A stretch of 64,000 nt of DNA from assembly GCA_965222075.1 (NCBI GenBank), contig OZ244937.1:1024001-1088000 (forward strand). Direction: 5' to 3'. The stretch is from Candidatus Latescibacterota bacterium (lineage in GTDB: Bacteria > Latescibacterota > UBA2968 > GCA-2709665). Below the pieces are notes generated by a model, which worked only from the letters and a program-made list of their open reading frames with translations, made no database searches and was not told the origin of the DNA. Of this stretch, positions 48,655 to 58,995 are shown piece by piece. Each line of letters starts with the position of its first letter. Position 1 is the first letter of the stretch. The position numbers were made by a program, and so were the translations under genes.

Positions 48655-48921
48655 ATGCCGGAGCTTTTCTTTTTAGAAGAAATCAGCGGAAGCGAGATTA
48701 ACCCTTATGAAGCGGTTACCCTTGCTTCACGAGAGGCCCGTCGAATCAACCAGACGCGTCAGATGGTCGAGATATCCGAAGGTCAGGAGAAGCCGACGAC
48801 GCTTGCGCTGAAACGGCTGGTCGAAAAAAAGGTCCGTCTTGTCGGTGAGGGGGAGGCTGAGGAGATCGAAGAGGGAGGCCATGGCACCTCTAAACCAGAA
48901 GCGGATACTGCTGGGCGTTAG
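48655..48921 (+). CDS. rpoZ: RNA polymerase omega subunit
   Basis: NPYEAV..ASREARRIN..KPTTLAL; located between gmk and coaBC. Confidence 0.8.
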   Translation: MPELFFLEEISGSEINPYEAVTLASREARRINQTRQMVEISEGQEKPTTLALKRLVEKKVRLVGEGEAEEIEEGGHGTSKPEADTAGR

Positions 48922-50080
48922 CGGCGGGATCGCAGCGTATAAGGCAGTGGAGGTCCTTCGAGGGCTGCAGCAGATGGGGGCCGAGGTGCGGGTGGTCATG
49001 ACGGCTGCTGCGACGAAGTTTATTCAGCCGCTCACCTTTGAGGCGCTGTCGCATCACCGGGTCTATGCCGACCTGTTCCCGGAAGAGGGGGACCCGGACG
49101 TCATCCATGTCAGGCTGGGCGGGTGGGCCGACCTGGTGCTGATTGCGCCGGCCACGGCCAATCTGATCGGCAAGATGGCCAACGGCCTGGCAGACGATCT
49201 GCTGACCTGTGTGCTGCTGGCGACCCGGGCGCCTGTTATGCTGGCCCCGGCCATGGAGACCCGGATGTACGAACATCCAGCGGTTCAGCGCAACCTCGGC
49301 CGCCTGCGGGAAGCGGGATACCGGGTCGTGGATCCGGAAGTGGGTGAGTTGGCCTCCGGAGCGCATGGGGTGGGACGGCTGGCTGCGCCGGAGCGGATTG
49401 TGGAGGCGGTTGTGGGTGACCTGGGGCGGTCAGACGCGTTTTGCGGCCGACGGATTGTGGTCACGGCGGGCCGGACCGAAGAGGATATCGATCCGGTCCG
49501 GTTTTTGACCAACCGGTCGACGGGGAAGATGGGCTATGCGGTTGCACGCCAGGCCCGTCTGAGGGGGGGGGATGTGGTCTTGATCAGCGGGCCGGCCAGC
49601 CTGGATGTCCCGCCGGGGGTGGAGGTGGTGCGGGTGCGGACGGTCGCGGAGATGCGCGAGGCCACAACAAAGGTGTTCCAGGGGGCCGATGCCCTGATTA
49701 TGACCGCAGCGGTTCTGGATTTCAGGCCGAAACAGGTGGCTGCATCGAAGATTAAGAAGGCGGAAGAAGGGCTGAGACTGGACCTGATTCCCACTGAAGA
49801 TTTCCTGGTCGAGCTGGGGGCGTGCAAAGGGGAACGGGTGGTGGTCGGGTTTGCGATGGAGACCGAAGATGGGGTGGCCAACGCCCGGAAAAAGCTGAAG
49901 GCCAAACAGTTAGACCTGATTGTGCTGAACGATCTGACCGTGCAGGGCGCCGGGTTCGGAGTGGACACCAATGTGGTGAGCCTGATCGACCAAAGGGGCA
50001 AAACCGAAGCCCTGCCCCGAATGTCGAAGATAGAGGTGGCCGACCGGATCCTGGATTGGGTTGCCAGGCGGTGGCAGTGA
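48881..50080 (+). CDS. coaBC: Phosphopantothenoylcysteine decarboxylase/synthase
   Basis: GVSGGIAAYK, APATAN, PAM, TAG.T.E.IDPVRFLTNRSTGKMG, GFAME. Confidence 0.96.
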   Translation: MAPLNQKRILLGVSGGIAAYKAVEVLRGLQQMGAEVRVVMTAAATKFIQPLTFEALSHHRVYADLFPEEGDPDVIHVRLGGWADLVLIAPATANLIGKMANGLADDLLTCVLLATRAPVMLAPAMETRMYEHPAVQRNLGRLREAGYRVVDPEVGELASGAHGVGRLAAPERIVEAVVGDLGRSDAFCGRRIVVTAGRTEEDIDPVRFLTNRSTGKMGYAVARQARLRGGDVVLISGPASLDVPPGVEVVRVRTVAEMREATTKVFQGADALIMTAAVLDFRPKQVAASKIKKAEEGLRLDLIPTEDFLVELGACKGERVVVGFAMETEDGVANARKKLKAKQLDLIVLNDLTVQGAGFGVDTNVVSLIDQRGKTEALPRMSKIEVADRILDWVARRWQ

Positions 50081-50111
50081 CGCAATCGCGGAATGGGAGG
50101 GAGGTCTGATT

Positions 50112-50804
50112 GTGGAAGAGGCCAATGTCGACCGGGAGATTCTGGATACGATCGAGGAGGCCCGGGAATTTTTGAGACAGCAGGCCGACTTGGGAATCAC
50201 CGATCTCCCAAAGGTAGAGGTCTCATCCTCGTCTTTGGCGTCCAAGGCGAGCCAGCTTGGGGCGTTTCACGATTCCATCCGGGATTGCCAGGGGTGTCGG
50301 CTGTTTGAAGGCCGCCGCGCCGTTGTCTTTGGAAGTGGAACTCCAGACGCGGACGTGATGTTTATCGGTGAGGCCCCAGGACGGGAGGAGGACCGGCAGG
50401 GGCTGCCCTTTGTAGGGGCGGCTGGGGAGTTGCTGACGCGGATGATCGAATCGACCGGGCTGCGCCGGGAGGAGGTCTACATTGCCAACGTCATCAAGTG
50501 TCGTCCACCCAGCAACCGGGATCCGGAACCGGACGAGGTGGCCAGCTGCGAGCCTTATCTGGTGCGACAGATTGAGATCGTCAAGCCGCTGGTGATCTGT
50601 ACCCTGGGCCGGTTTGCCGCTCAGGCTCTGTTGAAGACGACCGAATCGATGGGGAGGTTGCGCGGGCGGGTCTTTGTCTATGAGGGGATCAAGTTGATTC
50701 CGACCTACCACCCGGCGGCGTTGCTGCGCAATCCTCAGTGGAAGCGCCCGGCCTGGGAGGATTTGAAGCTGGTCCGAAGGGAGTACGACGGGCTGGAACT
50801 CTGA
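50112..50804 (+). CDS. Uracil-DNA glycosylase family 4
   Basis: [30 protein letters not shown]. Confidence 0.94.
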   Translation: MEEANVDREILDTIEEAREFLRQQADLGITDLPKVEVSSSSLASKASQLGAFHDSIRDCQGCRLFEGRRAVVFGSGTPDADVMFIGEAPGREEDRQGLPFVGAAGELLTRMIESTGLRREEVYIANVIKCRPPSNRDPEPDEVASCEPYLVRQIEIVKPLVICTLGRFAAQALLKTTESMGRLRGRVFVYEGIKLIPTYHPAALLRNPQWKRPAWEDLKLVRREYDGLEL

Positions 50805-50881
50805 AAAATCTCCCACAAACGGTTCCAAATGGCTTAATATACCACAAATATTATCCACGCTCCGATGGACATGTTCACCTT

Positions 50882-52270
50882 ATGTCTACAGAATACTTGA
50901 AAACTCAGGTTGCAGGGGTGCCCGCAGACCGGGCGCAGCCCCAGGTCGTGGAGGTCGAAAAGGCGGTGCTGGGCGCTATGTTGATCGACAATGGGGCCAT
51001 CAACCGGGTTGTTGAGGTGTTGGGGGATGAAACGGCGTTTTACCACACCGGCCACCGAAAGATCTATGCGGCGATTCTGGCGCTCTACGATAAGGGCATG
51101 CCGGCGGATCAGGTGACCGTTACCGAGGAACTCTCCCGGCGGGGACACTCCGAAGGGGCGGGGGGGCCTGTTTATGTCGCCGGTCTGGCCGGGGAGATGG
51201 CCACGGCGGCCAATGCGGAATACCATGCCCGGATTGTGCTGGAAAAGGCGCAGCGGCGCAGGCTGATCGATGCGGCAACACAGACCATCACCGAAAGTTA
51301 TGAAGACACGGAGGACATCCGGGAGGTCATCGACCGGGCCGAACAGCGGGTGTTTCGGATTGCCGAAGGCGAACTGGGCAAGGGCGTGATCTCCTTGGAG
51401 TCCAAGCTCCACGAGGCGCTCGCGCTGATCGAACAGGCGCACGACCGGGCGGGCGCCCTGACGGGTGTGACCAGCGGGTATACCGACTTAGACGAGATTA
51501 TGGCGGGACTGCAGCCGTCGGACCTGATTATCGTGGCGTCCAGGCCCTCTATGGGGAAGACGGCGTTGACCCTTTGTATGGCCCGCAATGCGGCCGTTAA
51601 GGGAAACACGCCGGTACTCTACTTCTCGCTGGAGATGTCGGTACAACAACTGGTGCAGCGGATGCTGTGCGCCGAGGCCCGGGTGAATTCGCACCTGCTT
51701 CGAACGGGGCGGCTTTCCGAGGAGGAGTGGCAGCGGCTGGCGGCATGGACCGGCAAGCTGGCAGAGGCGCCGTTTTATATTGACGATACGCCGAGCATTT
51801 CTGTCCTGGAGATGCGCGCAAAAGCACGCCGGGCCAAGTCCGAGCACGATATCGGATTGATTGTTGTGGATTACATCCAGCTGATGACCACCACAGAGCG
51901 GGCCGACAACCGGGAGCAGGAGATCGCCCGGATCTCCCGGTCGCTGAAGGCGCTGGCCAAGGAGCTGGACGTGCCGGTCGTCGCATGCGCCCAGCTTTCC
52001 CGAGCGGTGGAAGCACGGACGGATAAGCGGCCGCAGCTTTCGGACCTGAGGGAAAGCGGAAGCCTCGAGCAAGACTCGGACGTGGTGATGTTTCTCTACC
52101 GGCCGGAGGTCTACGGCATTCCGGATGAGGAGGGGAACAACCAGGAAGGGGTGGCCGAGATTATTATCGGGAAACAGCGAAACGGCCCTATCGGAAGTGT
52201 TTTTCTTACCTTTCTGGGCACCTACCTGCGCTTTGAGGAGCCTGACATCTACCGGGAGGAGCCGTTCTGA
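50882..52270 (+). CDS. dnaB: Replicative DNA helicase
   Basis: SRPSMGKT, FSLEM, DYIQL, QLSR, DLRESGSLEQD.D, KQRNGP. Confidence 0.97.
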   Translation: MSTEYLKTQVAGVPADRAQPQVVEVEKAVLGAMLIDNGAINRVVEVLGDETAFYHTGHRKIYAAILALYDKGMPADQVTVTEELSRRGHSEGAGGPVYVAGLAGEMATAANAEYHARIVLEKAQRRRLIDAATQTITESYEDTEDIREVIDRAEQRVFRIAEGELGKGVISLESKLHEALALIEQAHDRAGALTGVTSGYTDLDEIMAGLQPSDLIIVASRPSMGKTALTLCMARNAAVKGNTPVLYFSLEMSVQQLVQRMLCAEARVNSHLLRTGRLSEEEWQRLAAWTGKLAEAPFYIDDTPSISVLEMRAKARRAKSEHDIGLIVVDYIQLMTTTERADNREQEIARISRSLKALAKELDVPVVACAQLSRAVEARTDKRPQLSDLRESGSLEQDSDVVMFLYRPEVYGIPDEEGNNQEGVAEIIIGKQRNGPIGSVFLTFLGTYLRFEEPDIYREEPF

Positions 52271-52280
52271 TCCTAAGGAT

Positions 52281-53660
52281 ATGGCGATGGCCAAGCTGCG
52301 CATCCGATATGTGTGCCAGGGTTGTGGTGCGGAAGCGTCCAGGTGGTTTGGGCGCTGTACGGGCTGTGGGGAGTGGAATACCTGTGTAGAAGAGCCCATC
52401 TCGCCTGCCCCTGCAAAACAAAGCAGCACAGCGGTGTCGGTGCCTCCCGCACCGATCACGGAGGTGGATGGCCATCTGGAAGATCGGATGGTCACAAGGA
52501 TGCAGGAGTTCGACCGGACGCTGGGGGGAGGGATTGTGTGTGGGGCGGCCGTGCTGGTGGGCGGGGATCCGGGGATCGGAAAATCGACGCTGCTGCTGCA
52601 AGGCGCCGCGGCCTTAGCGCTGGGGGGGCTGAGGGTGCTTTATGTGTCGGCCGAGGAGTCGCTGCCGCAGACCCGGATGCGGGCGCAGCGGGTCGGGGCG
52701 CTGTCGGACCAGCTTTACCTGGTTGCCGAGTCCAACCTGGATTTGATTTGCGGGTATATTGAAGATCTGAAACCGATCGCCGTGGTGGTCGATTCGGTCC
52801 AGACAATTTACCGCCCGAATCTGCAGAGTGCTCCAGGCAGCGTGAGCCAGGTTCGAGCGTGCGCGGCCTGCCTGGTTTCCCTGGCCAAGACCAGCGGCAC
52901 AGCCGTTTTTCTGGTGGGGCATGTGACCAAGGAGGGGACGGTGGCCGGGCCCCGGGTGGTGGAGCACCTGGTGGATACGGTGCTCTATCTGGAGGGAGAA
53001 CGGCACGGGGCATACCGCATTCTTCGGGCAGCCAAGAACCGATTTGGGTCTACCAACGAGATCGGAATTTTTGAAATGTGCGACCGGGGGATGGTGGAGG
53101 TTGCCAATCCGTCCCGGGTCTTTCTCTCAAAGCGGGAGACGGCGTGCAGGGGTACGGCGGTGGTTTGTAGCGTGGAGGGCACCCGGCCGCTCCTGGTAGA
53201 GGTTCAGGCCTTAGTGGCCAGCAGCACCTTCGGCTATCCCCAGCGGGTGGCCACCGGCTTCGATGCCCGCCGAATGGCGATCCTGGTCGCCGTTTTAGAG
53301 AAGCGTTCGGGATTGGCGTTAGGATCGCAGGATATTTTTCTAAACGTGGCCGGTGGGCTCCGCATCGACGAGCCGGCGGTGGATCTGGGCGTTGCGCTGG
53401 CAATGGTTTCGAGTTTTCGGGACTGCGCCTTAGACCACATGACCGTGGCCGTGGGGGAGGTGGGATTGGGGGGAGAAATTCGGCCGGTCAGTCAGGTCGA
53501 CCGGCGTGTGGCCGAGGCCCACAAACTGGGATTCACGCGCTGTATTGTTGCCAAGGCCAACATGGCGGGCCTGAAGGCCCCCGGTGGGATGGAAGTGGTG
53601 GGGGTGTCGGAAATTGACGCTGCTCAGGAGGTGGTGTTGGGCAGGTCATTTAACAGGTAG
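52281..53660 (+). CDS. radA: DNA repair protein RadA/Sms
   Basis: C..CG..W.GRC..CGEWN, GDPGIGKS, KNRFG, GEVGLGGE. Confidence 0.97.
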   Translation: MAMAKLRIRYVCQGCGAEASRWFGRCTGCGEWNTCVEEPISPAPAKQSSTAVSVPPAPITEVDGHLEDRMVTRMQEFDRTLGGGIVCGAAVLVGGDPGIGKSTLLLQGAAALALGGLRVLYVSAEESLPQTRMRAQRVGALSDQLYLVAESNLDLICGYIEDLKPIAVVVDSVQTIYRPNLQSAPGSVSQVRACAACLVSLAKTSGTAVFLVGHVTKEGTVAGPRVVEHLVDTVLYLEGERHGAYRILRAAKNRFGSTNEIGIFEMCDRGMVEVANPSRVFLSKRETACRGTAVVCSVEGTRPLLVEVQALVASSTFGYPQRVATGFDARRMAILVAVLEKRSGLALGSQDIFLNVAGGLRIDEPAVDLGVALAMVSSFRDCALDHMTVAVGEVGLGGEIRPVSQVDRRVAEAHKLGFTRCIVAKANMAGLKAPGGMEVVGVSEIDAAQEVVLGRSFNR

Positions 53661-53683
53661 CAGGAAAGGGGGAATCGGCGCTT

Positions 53684-54358
53684 GTGTCAAGAGAATTTAC
53701 CAGGGTCGGGAAGAGATCGCCTGTGTACGTTTCCAAACTGCTGTCGCTGATGTTGAGGCATCGGCCGGAGGAATTCGGCGTTGCCGTAGACCGTTATGGA
53801 TTTGCCGATCTGGAGGCGGTGGTGTGCGCACTTCAGGAGCGGGATGCACATCTGCGGTTGAACGATATCGAATCGGTGGTTTACGATTCCGAAAAACAGC
53901 GGTTCGAGATTGTAGAGGGACGCATCCGGGCACGCTATGGACACAGCTTTGAGATCGACCTGGGCATCGATCCGGTCGAACCGCCGGAATATCTCTACAA
54001 GGGGGTGCACCTCAGGGAGGCGGACGGGGTGCTGGCGGAGGGGCTAAAGCCGGTCGATCGGCAGTACGTGCACCTCTCTTTCCAGGCCGATGTGGCCGCA
54101 CGGTTGGCTGGGAAGGGAAGGGGGCGCGGCGCCGTGGTTCGGGTGGACGCCCAGCGCGCCCACCGGGCGGGTGTTCCCTTTTACGACTGTGGACCGACTA
54201 TCCTCACACCGGAGGTGCCGTCCGATTTTCTCATTCTGGAGCAACTTCCGGAGGCTTCGGAGATGTCCCCCACTCGGCCCACGACGCAACGCGATGTGGC
54301 CGCACCCCAGGGTGAGCCTATGTATGGACGGAAACGGAGGTTTGGGCAGAAGAGGTAG
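53684..54358 (+). CDS. kptA: RNA 2'-phosphotransferase (KptA/Tpt1)
   Basis: SKLLSLMLRH, KQRF, IRARYGHS, RQYVHLS. Confidence 0.9.
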   Translation: MSREFTRVGKRSPVYVSKLLSLMLRHRPEEFGVAVDRYGFADLEAVVCALQERDAHLRLNDIESVVYDSEKQRFEIVEGRIRARYGHSFEIDLGIDPVEPPEYLYKGVHLREADGVLAEGLKPVDRQYVHLSFQADVAARLAGKGRGRGAVVRVDAQRAHRAGVPFYDCGPTILTPEVPSDFLILEQLPEASEMSPTRPTTQRDVAAPQGEPMYGRKRRFGQKR

Positions 54359-54488
54359 CCGGGAGATGGGCGTGGAGACCGGTCCGGTTTTGGCGGTCTT
54401 TCAGGCAGACCATCCGGAATGTCTGGATGGTTTTTTTAAATTTCTCCATTCCCCTGTCCTCTGAATTGAGACGAAAAACGAGATACCG

Positions 54489-55385
54489 ATGTCAAAGAAA
54501 AAGTGGCCGAATTCGCAGGCAATGCTGAAAGTGGCTGGGGATCTGGCAGAAGAGGTACGGGCCGACCTGATCCTGCTGGTTACGGATTCCGGCGTCAGCC
54601 GGGCTGCGGTGCAGGCCTTAAACGAGGTCTGCCAGACCTTTGTGGTAACCCGGAGCAACAGGTTTTTGAAGGGGATCGAGGCGGTGGGGGTGCAGCGGGT
54701 GCATTTTGATTTTGATGTGGACGATTTGGCGCATTTCGAACGGGTGCGACAGGGGATCAGCCTGGGGATGGAGGGGGGGTACATCCCCAGGGGAAGCCGT
54801 CTGGTCTGTCTGAGCAGCCTGGTGGAACGTCGCGGCGTCGACACGCTGGTGGTAGTGGATACGCCCCGGGGGGGTGAGGATTTCCATCCGGAAAGCGTCG
54901 CCGCCCTGGCCGGCGATCTGCCGATTGAGGTGGTCAGGGCCGTGTTTGACCTGAGTGTGGACATCGGCCAGGAGGGCAGGGAGGGGGAGTCGGTGGGCAC
55001 GCTGTTTGTGATCGGAGACTCCGAGCGGGTGATGGCCAACTCCCGGCCGATGACCTTCGATCCGTTTCGGGGGTATTCCGAGCGTGAGAAGAATATCTGC
55101 AACGCCGATATCCGGGAAGCAGTGAAGGAGGTCGCCTTGATGGATGGGGCGTTTATCGTTCAGGAGGATGGGGTTATTCTGTCGGGTGGACGGTATATTA
55201 CCGCCGATGTCAAAGGCCTCATTTTGCCCAAGGGACTGGGGGCGCGGCATGTGGCTGCTGCGGCCATTACAAACCATACGGTGGCGGTTGCCGTGGCGGT
55301 ATCGGAGTCGACCGGCATCGTGCGGGCGTTCAGGGGGGGAGAGATCGTCCTTACAAGGGCGCCTCACAGACGGCGCCTGCGGTAA
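54489..55385 (+). CDS. Diadenylate cyclase (DAC domain, DacZ-like)
   Basis: EGREG..GTLFVIGD, DGA, GLGARH.AA, VSESTG. Confidence 0.9.
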   Translation: MSKKKWPNSQAMLKVAGDLAEEVRADLILLVTDSGVSRAAVQALNEVCQTFVVTRSNRFLKGIEAVGVQRVHFDFDVDDLAHFERVRQGISLGMEGGYIPRGSRLVCLSSLVERRGVDTLVVVDTPRGGEDFHPESVAALAGDLPIEVVRAVFDLSVDIGQEGREGESVGTLFVIGDSERVMANSRPMTFDPFRGYSEREKNICNADIREAVKEVALMDGAFIVQEDGVILSGGRYITADVKGLILPKGLGARHVAAAAITNHTVAVAVAVSESTGIVRAFRGGEIVLTRAPHRRRLR

Positions 55386-55457
55386 AGGAGGTAGGGTGCA
55401 TTCCTCACTCAAATTACGCGTTCGTCATCCCCGGCCCGAAGTCCGGGATCTGTTCTT

Positions 55458-56009
55458 ATGAACTTGGATCCTGCCAAAATCCGGCTGGTTCGGACAGACA
55501 GTGGAGTACAGGTCGCCATCGACGGTGTCGCTCGGCGGGTGGAGCGGGTGGTCAGGGCCTTTCCCAGGACCGATCCGGAACGCTATGTGGGACTGCTGGA
55601 CCCGGATGGGCGCGAGATCGGGATGATCGAGGCTCCCTCCAGGCTGGACGGGGCGTCCCGGGTGCTGATGGAGGAAGCATTGAAGGCCGACTATTTTGTG
55701 CCCACAATTCTGGAGATCCGCTCTGTGACGCCCAGGGGTAGGGGTACGGGCAGCCTCTGGGAGGTGCTTACCGACGATGGGAAGCGGAGGTTCCGGATCC
55801 AGGATCGGGAGGCGCTGGACGGTTCGGAGGCCCCTGCGATTGCGGTTACGGACGAGGACGGAAAGCGCTATCGCATCGAAGACTACTGGGCGCTGGACCG
55901 GGAGAGCCGGAAGGCCATCCAGGATCTGCTGCCCGACAAGGTGCTCAAAGCGCGATGGGGGGAGAAGCGGTCGTCCAGGGGCAGAGGGCTTGGGATGAGA
56001 TTCAGGTGA
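55458..56009 (+). CDS. DUF1854-domain protein
   Basis: RAFP.T.P..YVGL.D..GREIG, YFVPTI..I, W.V.TD.G. Confidence 0.8.
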   Translation: MNLDPAKIRLVRTDSGVQVAIDGVARRVERVVRAFPRTDPERYVGLLDPDGREIGMIEAPSRLDGASRVLMEEALKADYFVPTILEIRSVTPRGRGTGSLWEVLTDDGKRRFRIQDREALDGSEAPAIAVTDEDGKRYRIEDYWALDRESRKAIQDLLPDKVLKARWGEKRSSRGRGLGMRFR

Positions 56010-56070
56010 AGCTTATGGGCGTATCGGGTCGATTTTCCATGTCTACGCTGGTGCTTAAGGGGGTATAGGG

Positions 56071-57387
56071 ATGGGGCGTGCGGGCGCCCTGTTGTGGGCG
56101 GCAGGAGGGGTAATCGAAATCTGCCTGATCGGCATTCTGGCCCTGGGAGACCTGAGGGGGCAGGTGCCGATTTTTTTGGCCCTGTTTGGCACTGCGACGG
56201 CCGTCTATCTGATGGTGGTGTGGCGGAGCGAAACGGCGTCGCTGCGGACGGTGGTGCTGTTCGGGCTGCTCTTTCGGGCGACTCTCCTGCCTTCGCTGCC
56301 GACGCTTTCGGACGATCTCTACCGGTATGTGTGGGACGGTCGGGTGCAAACCGCAGGAATCAATCCCTACCGGTATGCGCCGGCGTCGGAGGCGCTGGCG
56401 TATCTGAGAGACGACGAGATCTACCCCAGGATAAACCACCCGGAGGTTTCCACCATCTACCCTCCCCTGGCAGAGGCCCTCTTCCTGGGGTGCTATGCTC
56501 TCCATCCGGGCCTGTGGACGGTGAAGATCGCCTTAGTCGGGATAGACCTGCTTGCGGCCTGGTTCCTGCTGGGCCTCATCCGGGTGTACGACCAGCATCC
56601 GGGCCAGCTCCTGATCTACCTGTGGAACCCCCTGCTGGTGGTGGAAGTGGCCGGCAACGGACACGTCGATATTATGGGGGTGGCCACCGTGGTGATGGCC
56701 CTGCTTTATTTGCAGATTGGAGGCTACGGACGGGCAGCAGGAGCCCTGGGGCTCTCATTTCTGAGCAAGTTTTTTGCCATCTGCCTGATCCCGGTGTTCT
56801 GGCGCTGGATGTGCGCACGGAGAGGCGAAGCGGGCGGCTGGCGTGTCCGTTTGCAGGCGATGGTAAGACCCGGCAAGGCCTGGCCGGTCCTGGTCTTCCC
56901 CGGTGTGGTCCTGTTGGGCTATCTGCCCTACGCCGGGGCAGGGGCGGGGCTTTTTAAAGGGCTTTTGACCTATGCGGAGCACTGGGAATTCAACGCGCCG
57001 GTTTTTGGCCTTTTGAAAACACTCCTGGGCAGCGGGGCCGCAGCCAGAACCGCGGTCGGCGTCCTTTTCGGGAGTGCTGTGCTGGCGCTTACGCTGGGGT
57101 GGAGGCCTCCGATCCAGGCGGGCTACCTGCTGACGGGGCTTTTTCTATGGTTGACCCCAACGCTGCATCCCTGGTACTGTATCTGGATGCTGCCTTTTCT
57201 GGTGTTCTATCGGAGTCCGGCCTGGTTGACGTTTACCGGTCTGGTCGTTCTGTCCTACCACGTGTTGATCCGCTACCAGGCTGAAGGCGTCTGGGAGGAG
57301 GCCGCGTGGGTGAAAGGGGTTGAATACGGGGGATTTGTGGCCGTATGGGTCGGTACCCGCATATGGCGGAGGATCAGGGCAGGGTAA
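56071..57387 (+). CDS. GT-C membrane glycosyltransferase (GT87-like)
   Basis: SDDLYRYVWDG..GINPY, TIYPP, WNPL..E.AGNGH.D, HPWY. Confidence 0.87.
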   Translation: MGRAGALLWAAGGVIEICLIGILALGDLRGQVPIFLALFGTATAVYLMVVWRSETASLRTVVLFGLLFRATLLPSLPTLSDDLYRYVWDGRVQTAGINPYRYAPASEALAYLRDDEIYPRINHPEVSTIYPPLAEALFLGCYALHPGLWTVKIALVGIDLLAAWFLLGLIRVYDQHPGQLLIYLWNPLLVVEVAGNGHVDIMGVATVVMALLYLQIGGYGRAAGALGLSFLSKFFAICLIPVFWRWMCARRGEAGGWRVRLQAMVRPGKAWPVLVFPGVVLLGYLPYAGAGAGLFKGLLTYAEHWEFNAPVFGLLKTLLGSGAAARTAVGVLFGSAVLALTLGWRPPIQAGYLLTGLFLWLTPTLHPWYCIWMLPFLVFYRSPAWLTFTGLVVLSYHVLIRYQAEGVWEEAAWVKGVEYGGFVAVWVGTRIWRRIRAG

Positions 57388-57628
57388 GGGCGAGGCCCCT
57401 GTCGCACCCATAGAGAGCCGGAGCCGCACCCCAGTTCGAGTATTTTGCCCCGTTTGTGGTTGTCTCCAGCCGTCATCGCACGACCCATCTTGACTTGGAT
57501 ATTGGGATAATACCCAAGATAGGAAATTCTGTGTCCTCTGCTACTTCATTTTGGCCAAAGTCCAGTTTAAATAAGTTAGTGTTTTTGTAACATGTTGATA
57601 AAATTGATCCTAAGCATTTGGAGGGGAT

Positions 57629-57865
57629 ATGAGCAAGACCCTGGTTATTTCAGATGACCTCTATGAGCGTCTTGAATATGTGGCGCATCAAAAGGGTCTG
57701 AAGAGTATTGAGAAGTTACTTGAATCCTGGCAAGCGGCCGAAAATGATCTCAGCAAGCGTCGAGAGATCGTAGACAGAATAGACGTCTTGCGCAGTAGGT
57801 TATTCCGGACGTATGGCCAGATGCCTGATAGTGTAGATTTGATTCGAGAAGATCGAGCCCGGTAA
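57629..57865 (+). CDS. Antitoxin (VapB-like)
   Basis: 78 aa; MSKTLVISDDLY..DSVDLIREDR; overlaps the toxin start. Confidence 0.8.
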   Translation: MSKTLVISDDLYERLEYVAHQKGLKSIEKLLESWQAAENDLSKRREIVDRIDVLRSRLFRTYGQMPDSVDLIREDRAR

Positions 57866-58323
57866 TGGAAAATGTTGTCGTAGATAGCAGTGTGGCGATC
57901 AAGTGGTTTGTGGTGGAACCCCATTCGGATGAAGCCCGAAAGATTCTGGATGGATACAAGGCCGGTAACATTAATCTTCTCGCTCCGGACCTGATCAATG
58001 CAGAAGTCGGCAATATCGTGTGGAAAAAACACCGACTTCAGGATTTGAGTACTACGGATGCTCAAGAAATCATCGATACATTCCGAACCATCATCTTCAC
58101 CCTCACGCCGAGTGCTGTTTTACTGGGTGAGGCCTATCATTTGGCCGTCACACACGAACGCACGGTTTATGATATGATGTACGTTGCCCTGAGTAAGCGA
58201 GAAAGCTGTCGATTTGTGACTGCCGATGAACGGATGGTCAATGCGATAGGCAAGAGCTTTTCAGATATGCTATGGGTGGCCGACTGGTCTGGAAGTATTG
58301 ACCCTGCTGGAAGCTCTGAATGA
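57865..58323 (+). CDS. vapC: VapC PIN-domain toxin
   Basis: VVDSSVAIKW, APDL..AE, VYD..YVAL, VTAD. Confidence 0.9.
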   Translation: MENVVVDSSVAIKWFVVEPHSDEARKILDGYKAGNINLLAPDLINAEVGNIVWKKHRLQDLSTTDAQEIIDTFRTIIFTLTPSAVLLGEAYHLAVTHERTVYDMMYVALSKRESCRFVTADERMVNAIGKSFSDMLWVADWSGSIDPAGSSE

Positions 58324-58328
58324 TGTAG

Positions 58329-58427
58329 CTACGGGGAAACCGGCTTAAAAGGGTAATATTCGCACCCCAGGCAGGATAGCCCCATCAGGACCGTCAACGA
58401 GACAAAGACCGAGATTTTCCTCTGCAT
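58329..58427 (-). pseudogene. Truncated fourth copy of the small lipoprotein
   Basis: MQRKISVFVSLTVLMGLSCLGCEYYPFKP then stop; DNA nearly identical to 5230-5318, and the upstream leader resembles that of copy B. Confidence 0.85.
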
Positions 58428-58580
58428 GACAGATGCTCCCTTCTCCTCTCTCTCCTGAACACCCGCATCATCCAAACGGTCCAACATAGGTTTTAAGACA
58501 GTTGTCATGCGCCCTTTGGGGCACCCATGATGATGAAAATCGTTGCCACGTCTCGCCTCTGCGATCCCCCCACCGGCGCG

Positions 58581-58695
58581 CCTGCCTGTCTGCGTGCGAC
58601 GCACAGGCAGGCGGGCTGGCGCCCTTGGCTTGCCGACTCCCCCTCAAGGGGGGAGTAATGGGGGCTGCTTTGGCATGGGCAGGCGCACAGGCAGG
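58581..58695. repeat. Cluster of short palindromic elements (CCTG..CAGG type and ACTCCCCCTCAAGGGGGGAGT)
   Basis: cctgtctgcgtgcgacgcacaggcagg at 58585-58611; hairpin at 58636-58656; gcgcacaggcagg at ~58684. Confidence 0.6.
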
Positions 58696-58754
58696 CGCGT
58701 TCCGTGCAGGCAGGTGGTCGTTGATTCATCCGGATCAGGGCAGGGTAAGGGCGG

Positions 58755-58819
58755 GTAGGGGCAACCCTTGTGGTTGCCCTGTCGGGCGTGGATTGGGCGT
58801 CCACAAGGGACGCCCCTAC
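58755..58819. repeat. Inverted GTAG-REP doublet (REPIN-like)
   Basis: GTAGGGGCAACCCTTGTGGTTGCCC ... GGGCGTCCACAAGGGACGCCCCTAC. Confidence 0.75.
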
Positions 58820-58995
58820 GGCTGTCGGTGGCCTCCTCGACGCCGGTTCCGATAACGGTGACCATGCCGGATCTCGTAAGGGCGGGGAGGGGTTGCGGGT
58901 GTGTGTGCAGGTGCGCGTCCGGTGTGAAAACAGCGAATACAGGCTATTTGATCGCTAACCGATCACGTAAGGTCGCGTCTGTGAAGTTCGATCAC

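Noticed and set aside
50882-52270. Intein in DnaB
   Set aside because: Normal length (~462 aa) with contiguous motifs.
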